Virus record (IMG/VR): IMGVR_UViG_3300028361_000020 | Location: 1 to 64,000 of that record | Length of the DNA: 64,000 bases | Strand: one strand, 5' to 3' | Source: a virus | Taxonomy: Duplodnaviria; Heunggongvirae; Uroviricota; Caudoviricetes | In this document: positions 28,202-37,650 of the stretch, in pieces | Numbering within the stretch: position 1 is the first letter of the stretch | How the letters are laid out: each line of letters opens with the position of its first letter | Translations under genes and position numbers: made by a program | Notes under the pieces: generated by a model | What the model was told of the DNA's origin: nothing | The model's input: the letters and a program-made list of their open reading frames with translations, nothing else | Database searches by the model: none

Positions 28202-28785
28202 CTAGTTCTCCTATAATATACACTAACAAATACTAACGCACATGTCAAGTTCTTATAAGTCGTAGCTGTCCTTAAATGTATTATACTTTATGATTACTTT
28301 AATGCTGTTTGATTAACTACGTTAATCAGTTAAGTCTTTCATTACATTCAATCCTTAACAGTTATCTTCTTCTAAGATTCTATCTAGATTTAGGATCCAC
28401 ACTTAGCCTTCTTACAGGCTAAGTATAAAAAAAAAGGACTCTATCTGAGTTTCTTTCAACACTTCATATTCAAAAACCTAATATCGTTAGGGAAAGGCGG
28501 TTATGCGGTACCTTTTTACTTTGTGCTTATTAACGCGGACTTGCAAAACAGTAATATGAACAACTGTTTTGCGATCTGTAGGATTCCAATTGTCAGGATT
28601 ACCTACTCATTTTCTCTTGTCAGGAGATACGATTACAGACATACAGAACTGGCTTCGAGCCAGCAAGGAAACGACACCAGATCCGCCCGCCATACTGAAA
28701 TGACAAAGCTCAAGGTGACCACGGGCTGTGGTAACATGCGTTTGTATATAGCCTTGGTTAGCCTAGTATGCCTGGTGTGCCTAAA

Positions 28786-29373
28786 TCAGATAAACTGATT
28801 AACTACTTTTCTTAAAGAAAATTTAGATTTCTTGTCTCTGTATATCTTTGCTAGTTTAAATCCACTAGATTGTGAGTATGATGTTTCCGGTGCGCCCATA
28901 GTTGGATGATATTCATTGTGTTCAAACAGTCTTATTTGCTGAGAATATACTTCAATTGTGGTGCCGCCGAGTTCGTTGAGTGGCCGGTTTGGTACCAATA
29001 ATGGATTTACGCTAACAATTACACTGCTGCCGCTTAGTTGATTCTGGTATACCAATCCATTAATAGGATCTTCTAACTTGCTGCCCCATATCTGTCTTGC
29101 ATAAACCTTTACAGGATTTCCGCGTACATAATTATAAGGTTCATCTTCTCGAAGAATATCAAATGTGTGCTGTCTTGCGCTCAAACACTGTTCAGCAAAG
29201 AATTCGTAATTCTTTTTAGTTCGATATTTGCCGCCAACGTTTTGCAGGATGTTGCATGAAAAAACAGTTTTAGATACTTGTTTTAAATTAACCACAGGGT
29301 GTGCCTTTATAAACCCGCCGTTTTTTCTGCTCATCAAACTCCAAACAACTAGTTCGCCTTTCATGGAGGTCAT
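28786..29373 (-). CDS. hypothetical protein, 195 aa
   Basis: ORF. Confidence 0.4.
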   Translation of the reverse strand: MTSMKGELVVWSLMSRKNGGFIKAHPVVNLKQVSKTVFSCNILQNVGGKYRTKKNYEFFAEQCLSARQHTFDILREDEPYNYVRGNPVKVYARQIWGSKLEDPINGLVYQNQLSGSSVIVSVNPLLVPNRPLNELGGTTIEVYSQQIRLFEHNEYHPTMGAPETSYSQSSGFKLAKIYRDKKSKFSLRKVVNQFI

Positions 29374-29756
29374 AAAGAAGAGGCCTTATATGCAGCCGCT
29401 TCTTTACGTTTGGATTTCCATGTTAGTGAATCACGCATTTTTTCATATGCTGCAATCTTTTCATCATAGAAGTTCATCATACTATCAAGTCTAGCAACCG
29501 CATCAGGAGAGGTGTCGCCTGCGCGGCTGTTTTCACACATCATGTTCATCTTTGCCAGATGACAATGAACAATAGAATCTTGAAACATTTGACCTAACAT
29601 ATTAGAATCTTCATAGTCAATGGTGACTTTAGTCATCTTTGTTAATCTCCGAAACAACTTGTATTCTAGCACGATACATGCCACCCTTGATCTTTTCGCC
29701 ATCGGTTTCACCTTTGGAAAATACCTCAGCAAACTTAACTCTTTTAGCTTGATCAA
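29370..29756 (-). CDS. hypothetical protein, 128 aa (start uncertain; overlaps the cca 3' end)
   Basis: ORF. Confidence 0.3.
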   Translation of the reverse strand: MIKLKELSLLRYFPKVKPMAKRSRVACIVLEYKLFRRLTKMTKVTIDYEDSNMLGQMFQDSIVHCHLAKMNMMCENSRAGDTSPDAVARLDSMMNFYDEKIAAYEKMRDSLTWKSKRKEAAAYKASSL

Positions 29757-30894
29757 ATACTTTCTTTAGTTTCTGCAAATGTTGTACATCTACATTTTCA
29801 CAGCCTAGTCTGCCGCGTTCGTCGCACTCGCCTACTCTTAGCAGCAAGTCTACAACTTCTGGATTTCTCCAAGCATCCATTTCTGTAAACATTTTTACAA
29901 ACGTTTTTGGATTCAACGAGTCTAACTTGTGCATGTGCATGTGAAATCTTGTGGTCTTCATCGCACGGTTGCGCATATTAGAAGGCACAGACAGCCTATT
30001 GGCAAAGCTTTCTACAACAGCAACACCTGTGACTTCATGGCCGTAGTGCTTGGGCAGTGCTGCTCTAGGCGTTAGACCTTTGCCAAAGTCGTGTACCAGT
30101 GCAGCAAATCGCGTTTCTAGGTCGTAGCCAAAATCAACTGCGGCAGTTAGTACCAACATTGTGTGCTCGTACGCATCGCCTTCGGGGTGCCATCGCCGCG
30201 CCTCTAGTGCAGTCTTTAGCTTGTACACTTCGGGAAAAATCACATGCAAGGCATCCGTTTCCAACAGTGTGTCAAAAAACAGGCGCGCATGAGGCTCCAT
30301 TAGTGCTCTTCTTGTTTCTTTCCATACACGCTCACTTACTAGTTCATTAAGAACACCGGACTTGGCCATTTTTGAAACCATTGCAACTGTTTCGGGTGCA
30401 ACTGTCCACTCAGGACCTAGTCTGGCGCGAAATCTCGCCAGACGCAATACTCGTACAGGATCTTCGGCAAATGCATCACTGGTGTGCCGAAGGACTTTTG
30501 CTTCTAAATCTTCCAAGCCACCATATGGATCAAAGAACGCCCAATTGTCGTTGGTGTCAGTGTCTATTGCAAATTCACTTTCGGTCAGTTTCTGCATGGC
30601 CATGCTGTTGACAGTTAAGTCTCGTTGGCCCAAGTCTTCCAACAGTGTAACATCTGTACCAAAATCGCTGGTGAATCCCAAGTAACCTTCGCCAGTTTTA
30701 TGTTCGCGACGTGCAAGTGCATATTCTTCATTGGTCTCAGGATGCAAAAATACAGGAAAATCAGCACCAACTTGTCCAAAACCGTCAGCTAGCATTTGCT
30801 CGGGTGTAGAACCAACTACTACCCAATCTCGGTCTTCGACAGTACGCCCCAGCCGCATATCTCGTACCGGGGCGCCTACTAAATGTCTTTCCAT
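29629..30894 (-). CDS. cca: tRNA nucleotidyltransferase (CCA-adding enzyme, class II with HD domain)
   Basis: N-terminus HLVGAPVRDMRLGRTVEDRDWVVVGSTPEQM..DFPVFLHPETNEEYALAR is close to E. coli Cca; HD motif ALVHDFGKG. Confidence 0.85.
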   Translation of the reverse strand: MERHLVGAPVRDMRLGRTVEDRDWVVVGSTPEQMLADGFGQVGADFPVFLHPETNEEYALARREHKTGEGYLGFTSDFGTDVTLLEDLGQRDLTVNSMAMQKLTESEFAIDTDTNDNWAFFDPYGGLEDLEAKVLRHTSDAFAEDPVRVLRLARFRARLGPEWTVAPETVAMVSKMAKSGVLNELVSERVWKETRRALMEPHARLFFDTLLETDALHVIFPEVYKLKTALEARRWHPEGDAYEHTMLVLTAAVDFGYDLETRFAALVHDFGKGLTPRAALPKHYGHEVTGVAVVESFANRLSVPSNMRNRAMKTTRFHMHMHKLDSLNPKTFVKMFTEMDAWRNPEVVDLLLRVGECDERGRLGCENVDVQHLQKLKKVFDQAKRVKFAEVFSKGETDGEKIKGGMYRARIQVVSEINKDD

Positions 30895-30986
30895 AATAGT
30901 ATCCTTTTGTTACTAGCTAACTCTAACAGACATTAAGTCATCTGTCAACAGTTAATATTTGCTTTATCTAATTATTTCCCCTAACC

Positions 30987-31030
30987 TATTATCCATATTT
31001 AATCCTCAAAAATGTAATTTGTTGATCTGT
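30987..31030. repeat. 44-bp perfect direct repeat, copy A (tattatccatatttaatcctcaaaaatgtaatttgttgatctgt), spanning the 3' end of the MORN-repeat gene
   Basis: Identical to 31327-31370. Confidence 0.85.
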
Positions 31031-31336
31031 GAGAGTGGATCTTTTGCACCACTCATCAAAGCTGCATTGCATGCCCTCTAAATACCAAAACTTTGCACCA
31101 TCTGTGTTTTCAACTGCTGGTCCATTGGTTCTATGTAGTTCACCATTCTCATACCACTGCGTTGCACCATCTGTGTTTTCAACTGCTGGTCCATCGGTTC
31201 TGTGCAGTTGGTCATTCACATACCAATGCTTATCACCATCTGTGTATTCAATTGCTGGTCCATTGGTTCTATGTAGTTCACCATTCTCATACCAAAGCTT
31301 ATCGCCACTTGCATTGATTACTGGGTTATTATCCAT
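30989..31336 (-). CDS. MORN-variant repeat protein (4 x WYxNGxLHRTxGPAxExTDG), 115 aa
   Basis: Four tandem roughly 20-aa repeats encoded by roughly 60-bp DNA repeats. Confidence 0.6.
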   Translation of the reverse strand: MDNNPVINASGDKLWYENGELHRTNGPAIEYTDGDKHWYVNDQLHRTDGPAVENTDGATQWYENGELHRTNGPAVENTDGAKFWYLEGMQCSFDEWCKRSTLTDQQITFLRIKYG

Positions 31337-31370
31337 ATTTAATCCTCAAAAATGTAATTTGTTGATCTGT
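31327..31370. repeat. 44-bp perfect direct repeat, copy B, spanning the start codon and RBS of the MORN-repeat gene
   Basis: Identical to 30987-31030. Confidence 0.85.
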
Positions 31371-31401
31371 AAAAGCCAAATTTTCCACATTCTTACCTTA
31401 G

Positions 31402-31740
31402 TTAAAGATGCCAAGAGGCCCTGAATCGCAATGTCTGGCCAAACAGCTCTTCGTCGCCATACTGATGAGTAACTTCTTCGGTTATAACAGTGATATTGTT
31501 GAGAGAAATATTTCCTGATCCGAGTTGCGCGCAGGCCCAAATAATAATAGTGTCAGTGTACACTCGTAAAGTAAAGCTGACATTGTTGCTACGTAGGACT
31601 GCAATATGATCGTGAAAACTTTTCACCGTCTTGTTAGACATGCATTTACTGTAAAATTTAGCCGGTGCGGCCAGATTTACGTGTCCTACGAAGATAGTCA
31701 GTTTAACATTCATTGTGTAACTTCTTGTTTGTTCTAACAC
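31402..31740 (-). CDS. hypothetical protein, 112 aa
   Basis: ORF. Confidence 0.35.
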   Translation of the reverse strand: MLEQTRSYTMNVKLTIFVGHVNLAAPAKFYSKCMSNKTVKSFHDHIAVLRSNNVSFTLRVYTDTIIIWACAQLGSGNISLNNITVITEEVTHQYGDEELFGQTLRFRASWHL

Positions 31741-31766
31741 TACAAAGCATGTTAGTTATACAAGGT

Positions 31767-32087
31767 TTAGTTCTTATTTTTCTCAAACCATTCATTGAGT
31801 GTAAAGATGTCTGGCAAGTCAATGCCGTAGTGTTCATCTTTTGATTTGTCCCATTTGGGCTTTTCAATGTGATAGACAAAATTTTGCACATCAAATTCCT
31901 TGTTGCCAAACCGAATTGTGCCGCACGGATACGTGTTTGTCTGAATAGCCACTTGTATTTGCTTTGCGGCCCAGTCAGCAAAGTCGCAAATAAGTTCCTC
32001 GGCTGACTGGTATTCAAGTGGTATAATTTCTTCCGATGAGTATGTACATCCGTCTAAAACATGATAAACAACCATTAGCTTTTCCAA
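31767..32087 (-). CDS. hypothetical protein, 106 aa
   Basis: ORF. Confidence 0.4.
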   Translation of the reverse strand: MEKLMVVYHVLDGCTYSSEEIIPLEYQSAEELICDFADWAAKQIQVAIQTNTYPCGTIRFGNKEFDVQNFVYHIEKPKWDKSKDEHYGIDLPDIFTLNEWFEKNKN

Positions 32088-32320
32088 GTAATTACTCCTA
32101 TTTTAATCTAATTTAGGCGTCGCTATACCGAATAGCGTATTCAACTACATCTTCATACATTTCTTCAGGGACAGCCGCCTGCTATCTCTGGATTGTCACC
32201 CATTGCTGACTGCCTTTCGCCTTTTTCATAAAAATCTCTCAATGTATTTCTCCATTGTGTATTGCTATTTTGTTAGTTACAATGTAGCAGCAAAATGTAT
32301 TAGTATCAACTACATTTTCT

Positions 32321-32629
32321 TTATTTAACATTTTTGCTTTCTCTGCCAAGTTTAGCATGGTGGGCAGCAGCAGTGTACAGTTGTACGTTATCTGCTAGAT
32401 CGCCTTTTCCGGTCCCGCGTACTTTGTCCAGGTGAGCCATTATGCATACATCACAAATAGCAACATCGAGATGTGCTGGCGCTGACATTGGATCAAAAAT
32501 AGACGAACCGTAGTGCCCATAAGATCGAAAGTGTAACCCGTCATACGGGTGTACATCAACTTTCGGCGACGCCATATTAGGCAGGTCTACTGCACATACA
32601 ATGCAGGGTATAGTTCCAGTTGCTTTCAT
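32321..32629 (-). CDS. hypothetical Cys/His-rich protein, 102 aa
   Basis: ORF. Confidence 0.4.
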   Translation of the reverse strand: MKATGTIPCIVCAVDLPNMASPKVDVHPYDGLHFRSYGHYGSSIFDPMSAPAHLDVAICDVCIMAHLDKVRGTGKGDLADNVQLYTAAAHHAKLGRESKNVK

Positions 32630-32815
32630 TTAATTTTCTCCAAATCCAGCCGACGGTGTTTCTGCATATTTGCTTAACTCTTGCTCACAATTTGTACACC
32701 TATGGATCTTGTCTTCGTGATTGATACCAGCGGAAATTATTCGTCTGCACCAGTTACACAACAATGCACCGTGTCCGCTGTTGAATTTGACAATTGCATT
32801 TTTATAATTGTACAT
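32630..32815 (-). CDS. small zinc-ribbon-like protein (CNWC ... CTNC), 61 aa
   Basis: Two CxxC pairs. Confidence 0.4.
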   Translation of the reverse strand: MYNYKNAIVKFNSGHGALLCNWCRRIISAGINHEDKIHRCTNCEQELSKYAETPSAGFGEN

Positions 32816-32817
32816 GA

Positions 32818-33075
32818 TTATTTAACAACATCAACTGGGTAGAATCTGTCTGTGCGCGGTGTATAAAATCTGACGTCACTTTGCCTGATCCAGAATGTAC
32901 AAGTCCAAAGCCCCCACAAACGTTTACGCTCAGCTTCGTAGTATTTTACTATTTTGTTCTGGTAAGCAGTCTCGCGGGAAACACCAGTTAGTACAACAGG
33001 CGCCCAAAATGTCCTGCCGGTAAAGATATGGTGTGCCAGCCTGTGGGGATATTTCTTTATGTTTTCTTTGGTCAT
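32818..33075 (-). CDS. hypothetical protein, 85 aa
   Basis: ORF. Confidence 0.4.
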   Translation of the reverse strand: MTKENIKKYPHRLAHHIFTGRTFWAPVVLTGVSRETAYQNKIVKYYEAERKRLWGLWTCTFWIRQSDVRFYTPRTDRFYPVDVVK

Positions 33076-33183
33076 GATATTGTCCTAGAGTACCCGAACA
33101 ACTTTATCTAGTCCGGGTGTTGCATAACATATATTGTAGCACAAGCAAAGAACAACGTCAACCAACACTGCTGCGCAGATGCT

Positions 33184-33411
33184 TTATTTGTGCGGCTCAC
33201 CGCGTCTGTAATTCCAACCTTTGCCACCCAACGCTTCTAGTGTTTTCCATTTATTGTTGGCGTCTTGACAAGACTGCGGTTGACCAACAGATCCGACAAC
33301 AGCATTGCATTGCTGACATCTATAGTCTATTACCAAATCGTGGTCAAAAAACGCATCTGCGCCACATGGTAAAAATATTACATCTAGCCACTGGTGCGGA
33401 TTAGTAGACAT
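33184..33411 (-). CDS. hypothetical Cys-rich protein, 75 aa
   Basis: ORF. Confidence 0.35.
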   Translation of the reverse strand: MSTNPHQWLDVIFLPCGADAFFDHDLVIDYRCQQCNAVVGSVGQPQSCQDANNKWKTLEALGGKGWNYRRGEPHK

Positions 33412-33886
33412 ATATCATTTCACCATTTTTGTACACAACATCTGGCCCATCTAGCTCTTTGTGTAGTTGCTTCCACGCTGCCAACTCTTTTTCCAATTCA
33501 CTGACGTCTGGCTTCCACATCTTAGCAAATTTCAATACATTAGGGCGTTCAAAATCATTACACGGTACTGGTATTGCACAACTCTTAGCGCCGTCTAGTG
33601 TAGTGTTTTCGTGACCTAGCCAGGTGTGTGGAATCAAAGAAATCTTGTCAAATTCTTTTTGATTCACGCGCAGGGTAACTTTGCGAAAGCTGTGTTCAAA
33701 CCAATCAATGTATTCAGGGAATTGGTAAATTTCGTTATAATCGTCCTGATCAACATCATCATCACCAAGTTCACCAAAATCTTTCAACTTTGTGAATGAT
33801 TTATGTGCATTTAGAACTGAGTGCGCGACCAGTGTAGGCACCATGGAGTCAGGAACCTGATCCAGTACTGCAATATACATTTTCAT
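33401..33886 (-). CDS. hypothetical protein, 161 aa
   Basis: ORF. Confidence 0.4.
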   Translation of the reverse strand: MKMYIAVLDQVPDSMVPTLVAHSVLNAHKSFTKLKDFGELGDDDVDQDDYNEIYQFPEYIDWFEHSFRKVTLRVNQKEFDKISLIPHTWLGHENTTLDGAKSCAIPVPCNDFERPNVLKFAKMWKPDVSELEKELAAWKQLHKELDGPDVVYKNGEMIYVY

Positions 33887-33889
33887 ATT

Positions 33890-34219
33890 TTAATCTTCCC
33901 ATTGTCCATGGCCATCATGTAGGCCGCTACTATCATCTTGTTGTACTGCATCGTCATCAAACGGATCGATTAAATCACCAGTTTCCCAATGCACCCAGTC
34001 ACCATGCTTTGGTCTATCATACAGCTTCAATCGTTTAGGGTGTAAATTGCTTACGCCACGTCCGTTTAAATAGGCAGCGTGTTGCCCATTCTTTTTCTCT
34101 TGCACCTTGGCCTTACAACTCTTGCTACAAAATTTCCCCCAGCCGCGATTGAGATCGGCTTGACGAACTGTGTGTCTGTCGCCGCATCTGTTGCATAATT
34201 TATTAACTGTTGCAGCCAT
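33890..34219 (-). CDS. hypothetical zinc-ribbon protein (CNRC ... CSKSC), 109 aa
   Basis: ORF; promoter TTGACA-17-TACAGT at 34247-34275. Confidence 0.4.
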   Translation of the reverse strand: MAATVNKLCNRCGDRHTVRQADLNRGWGKFCSKSCKAKVQEKKNGQHAAYLNGRGVSNLHPKRLKLYDRPKHGDWVHWETGDLIDPFDDDAVQQDDSSGLHDGHGQWED

Positions 34220-34486
34220 CTCGATGCTTCCTTGTGCTATACAATCACTGTAGCAAATTTATAGCACAATGTCAACAACTTTAATGTATCGTTAACAAGT
34301 AGTAGCCAGAGATGCTGGCATCTGGTGCCTGCCACTCGAAGCCTGCTACAGCAAGAACAGCCGTTTCATTTTCATCAACTGTATCTGGACAAGCAATGTC
34401 TTTGGGGATGCCATAATACACTGGTGCTAGATTTTTCTTCTTGCATCGCCCAACTATCATATCCATTGCAGAAATAAATTCATCGT

Positions 34487-35044
34487 TTATGGCATATCTC
34501 CGAAATCATTAATATTGTCTGCTTCCATATCACGCACAACAAAGTTTGCACCCAATGATGTTAGAATTTGCTTAATTGTGTCCAACTGTTCCTGATCGTC
34601 AAAACAGATCATCCATTCTGCACTTCCGTCACTAATGTCGTCTAGTGCACCAAAACCAGCAATATCACCACCCTGATCATTACTGACCATTTTCTTGGTA
34701 AACTTATTGTATGGTTGAGAAAAGACATTTATTCCATAATCTTGTTCTATTTGGATGATTACATTAACTTCATCAATGTTGTATGTGTCACCTTTACCTT
34801 CATCGGTTAGTCCGTCAACCATCTCAACAGTGTAACCATCCGCAAGTGCGCGGTACCAATCATCACTGGTGTAATACAGCGCTAGAATCTCATCATCAGG
34901 CAGCGCAGTTAAACGTGATTTTTCAACCTTAACACGGGCTACGCCAGCGTGGTATCCATCTGGCAAGCCTGAACTTTCATAAACAAAATTAGCTAGTGTA
35001 TCGGTAACTTCGTCTTTACATAGTTTCATAGTATAGTTCTCCAA
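34487..35044 (-). CDS. hypothetical acidic protein, 185 aa
   Basis: ORF. Confidence 0.4.
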   Translation of the reverse strand: MENYTMKLCKDEVTDTLANFVYESSGLPDGYHAGVARVKVEKSRLTALPDDEILALYYTSDDWYRALADGYTVEMVDGLTDEGKGDTYNIDEVNVIIQIEQDYGINVFSQPYNKFTKKMVSNDQGGDIAGFGALDDISDGSAEWMICFDDQEQLDTIKQILTSLGANFVVRDMEADNINDFGDMP

Positions 35045-35388
35045 TGTTTGTTAAATTCTGTCATGAAAGATTCAATGTTTGCTGCTCCAACAGGATTGGC
35101 ACTGTGTACATGCCAGGCAAAGTTTGGATCATATACTGCGTTGTTGTCCATGATGTAGTTGCAGATCCACTTGGCGAAACTCATTCCTGTTTTTTCGCCG
35201 TTGTCTGTGGTGTAATGTATGTCAGCCAAATCGTGATCAAAGCTGACAAATGTGGGCAGGCCGTATTGTTTAACTGCCCACACTGCGTCGTCCATGCTGC
35301 GGCAGATTACTAACTCTTTGTAAGGTCCGTAATCATAGCGCACATCGTCTGGAAAACGTATGTCGTCTAAAAACAGTGTCCAGTTCAT
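35026..35388 (-). CDS. hypothetical protein, 120 aa
   Basis: ORF. Confidence 0.4.
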   Translation of the reverse strand: MNWTLFLDDIRFPDDVRYDYGPYKELVICRSMDDAVWAVKQYGLPTFVSFDHDLADIHYTTDNGEKTGMSFAKWICNYIMDNNAVYDPNFAWHVHSANPVGAANIESFMTEFNKHWRTIL

Positions 35389-35717
35389 TCTAGTACTCCA
35401 AATTTTAATACAAACAGTGTATAATGTTTTTCATCAACAAACTCAACAGTACTAAAATTGTCTTCGCCGCAGTTAATGTAAATTGCATTGTATTTTAGAA
35501 ATTCATTTTCAATTTCAATTACTTTATCTCTATTAGTTTTGCTCGAACTCGACGAGTAACGATTACTTAAAAAGCCTAGACTGTTAATAAGTTTTCTCCA
35601 TCCATCTGGCGTGTTGGGCAAATATGGTGCAATTCTAAAGATCACTATAATACAATCAGTAATACAGCAATTGCACCAGCTGCTGTCGATCCTAGTGCAA
35701 TTGCTGTAATCTGCCAA
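35385..35717 (-). CDS. small protein, Y-x-L-F-V-L-K family (ends HYTLFVLKFGVLE)
   Basis: C-terminal motif. Confidence 0.45.
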   Translation of the reverse strand: MADYSNCTRIDSSWCNCCITDCIIVIFRIAPYLPNTPDGWRKLINSLGFLSNRYSSSSSKTNRDKVIEIENEFLKYNAIYINCGEDNFSTVEFVDEKHYTLFVLKFGVLE

Positions 35718-35995
35718 ATTCTACATTGAGTAAACGCCTTTTGTGCTCTTCTTTTATGGTACGCAACTTTTTCGTCGAGTTGTTCAATGGTTAAGTCCAT
35801 TAAGTCTATTAGTCCTTGCTGCATATTTCTTTCCTTAACCATGCGCTGTTCTCTTGCAGATGGTTTGACATTGTTGTTGATAGTAAGTAGTCGTTCGCCA
35901 TTGGCGTAACGCTTGCGAGCCAAACGAAATGCATTGTCAGCTTCACCTTCGATGGTTGCGTCAAGAGCTACGTTGATTATTTTATCCAGTGACAT
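35645..35995 (-). CDS. hypothetical protein with a C-terminal TM helix, 116 aa
   Basis: ORF. Confidence 0.35.
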   Translation of the reverse strand: MSLDKIINVALDATIEGEADNAFRLARKRYANGERLLTINNNVKPSAREQRMVKERNMQQGLIDLMDLTIEQLDEKVAYHKRRAQKAFTQCRIWQITAIALGSTAAGAIAVLLIVL

Positions 35996-36001
35996 AGTGT
36001 G

Positions 36002-36247
36002 TTATCCATACTTGAGTACAAACAAGTTATAGCGTGCTTCGTCAGAAAAGTCAACTAGGTAACGTTGGCCTTTCTGAAAGAAAGTTGCATGATACATGGT
36101 TAGTTGCTTGTTAATAGTTTTAGTAGAAAATCCGCCGCCTCTGCGATGCTGTTGCTCGGGTATCTCTTCTTCTAATTTTCTAATAAAGGATCGCCAATGT
36201 ATTGGGCAATCAGAAAACCGCCTGCCTAGGTCAATTCTTATTGGCAT
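36002..36247 (-). CDS. small protein, Y-x-L-F-V-L-K family (ends RYNLFVLKYG); shares a DCP..W N-terminal motif with 36231..36554
   Basis: C-terminal motif. Confidence 0.45.
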   Translation of the reverse strand: MPIRIDLGRRFSDCPIHWRSFIRKLEEEIPEQQHRRGGGFSTKTINKQLTMYHATFFQKGQRYLVDFSDEARYNLFVLKYG

Positions 36248-36554
36248 GATAGCCGCTAAATGTTAATACAAACAACGAATACTTTTTAGGATCTTGAAAT
36301 ATAACAACCCCACTTTCTACTGTTGACATCGAAGCATCGTAATACGACAAACCTTGATTGAAAAGAAACAACTGGTCTTCGAGTGTGTCAACCTCTTGCA
36401 GCAAGGATTCGATGCCTGTCCAAACCAAATCCTTCTGGCACCAGTGAACAAAGCCGACCCATGCACTCGGACAGTCTGCCATTCTCCGGTCCAGCTTCAT
36501 CTCTACAGTTGCCATTATTCTGCTACTCGACGGGTTAGTGTAACAACCTTCCAT
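36231..36554 (-). CDS. small protein, Y-x-L-F-V-L-K family (ends KYSLFVLTFSGYHANKN)
   Basis: C-terminal motif. Confidence 0.45.
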   Translation of the reverse strand: MEGCYTNPSSSRIMATVEMKLDRRMADCPSAWVGFVHWCQKDLVWTGIESLLQEVDTLEDQLFLFNQGLSYYDASMSTVESGVVIFQDPKKYSLFVLTFSGYHANKN

Positions 36555-36910
36555 GGTCCGTGGTCTTCATAGAAGTTTGACTTGCGGCGGCACTCTCTTG
36601 CGTCGAAAGTAGAAACTCCTGCACGTTCTGACGAAACTACAACCTGAACTGTGCTACACTCACTCATCATCTGTTGCTGCGCCAAGGCCGGTGACATTGT
36701 AAGAAACAGCACAGGAAAGAATGTAATTATCCCAACTATGCATGCAATCCTGGCGTATCGTCCTACGCGATCCAAAATTAAAATTGGCCATAGCATAATC
36801 AGCACGCCAGCTCCTAGATACACTAGTAACCATGGCGAGTCAAGCAACGGTATTCCGTCCATTAAGTAGAATAAAAGTTCTGCTATTGTTACAACATAAT
36901 CACGTATCAT
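36515..36910 (-). CDS. integral membrane protein, 131 aa
   Basis: 2-3 TM helices. Confidence 0.4.
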   Translation of the reverse strand: MIRDYVVTIAELLFYLMDGIPLLDSPWLLVYLGAGVLIMLWPILILDRVGRYARIACIVGIITFFPVLFLTMSPALAQQQMMSECSTVQVVVSSERAGVSTFDARECRRKSNFYEDHGPWKVVTLTRRVAE

Positions 36911-37067
36911 TGTTTTTCATCCCATTCGATGTTTAATTTGTCAAAAAATGCACGGCGCACCGCTTTCTCTTGTTTTGTTCGAGCTTTCCAAAAAAGGCTG
37001 CGATAACCGTTTACAAACATTATCGCGTCTGCTATTACATAGCCTGCAACAACAATAACAAATGCAA

Positions 37068-37325
37068 TTAGTTCCATAATGATCTCTTCTGGTACATTGT
37101 TGCACCTCTGGTGTTGGGTGTGTATTCTCTTACTAAGATGTCACACAACGCTAATGTACCGGAGTATTTTAAGCAAAATATTGTCATAATTGATTTCTTT
37201 TTATGCGACACTAATTTTAAATTGTAATTCGTTCGCCTTTGTTCCCACGTCAAATCAAATCCTTCGCTTTCTAACAAATGATAGAACTTGCGTGTATACT
37301 TATCATTATTATATTTTGCAAACAC
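37068..37325 (-). CDS. hypothetical protein, 85 aa
   Basis: ORF. Confidence 0.35.
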   Translation of the reverse strand: MFAKYNNDKYTRKFYHLLESEGFDLTWEQRRTNYNLKLVSHKKKSIMTIFCLKYSGTLALCDILVREYTPNTRGATMYQKRSLWN

Positions 37326-37362
37326 AATTTCTCAATATCCAGGAAGAGGAGTTAGGTGATAA

Positions 37363-37650
37363 TCAACACTGTCCACAATGGCCAACCCTTCGGTTACACA
37401 GGTTGCACATTTCAACGATTTTGCATTGTCCTCGAAATGCGTTACGTCTGCGTTTTTGGCTAACACCCTGACGAGTCCCCCATCCTGATCCTCCTAAAAA
37501 GCTACTGTCTGACTTTTCAAAAATCTCTTGAATGTACTTTTCTGCTTCTTCTCTTGTGGTTGATTGAGCAACTTTATGCTGTCGTATATATACAACAAAC
37601 GGCCTGTTGGGTTCAGGCTCGGTAAACCAAGATTTAAACCACGACAGCAT
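37363..37650 (-). CDS. hypothetical protein with a C-terminal Cys cluster (start at internal MLSWFK)
   Basis: ORF; the longer reading overlaps the rnlA C-fragment. Confidence 0.35.
   Translation of the reverse strand: MLSWFKSWFTEPEPNRPFVVYIRQHKVAQSTTREEAEKYIQEIFEKSDSSFLGGSGWGTRQGVSQKRRRNAFRGQCKIVEMCNLCNRRVGHCGQC

Noticed and set aside
28244-28249. TTGACA box upstream of gene 27830..28201
   Set aside because: The best -10 candidates (TTAGTG / TATATT) are at 15 or 22-bp spacing; not called as a promoter, although the SD AGGAGA is good.
28786-29373. Possible ADP-ribosyltransferase (Alt/Mod-like)
   Set aside because: R / S-x-S / E-x-E candidates are present but in the wrong order and spacing.
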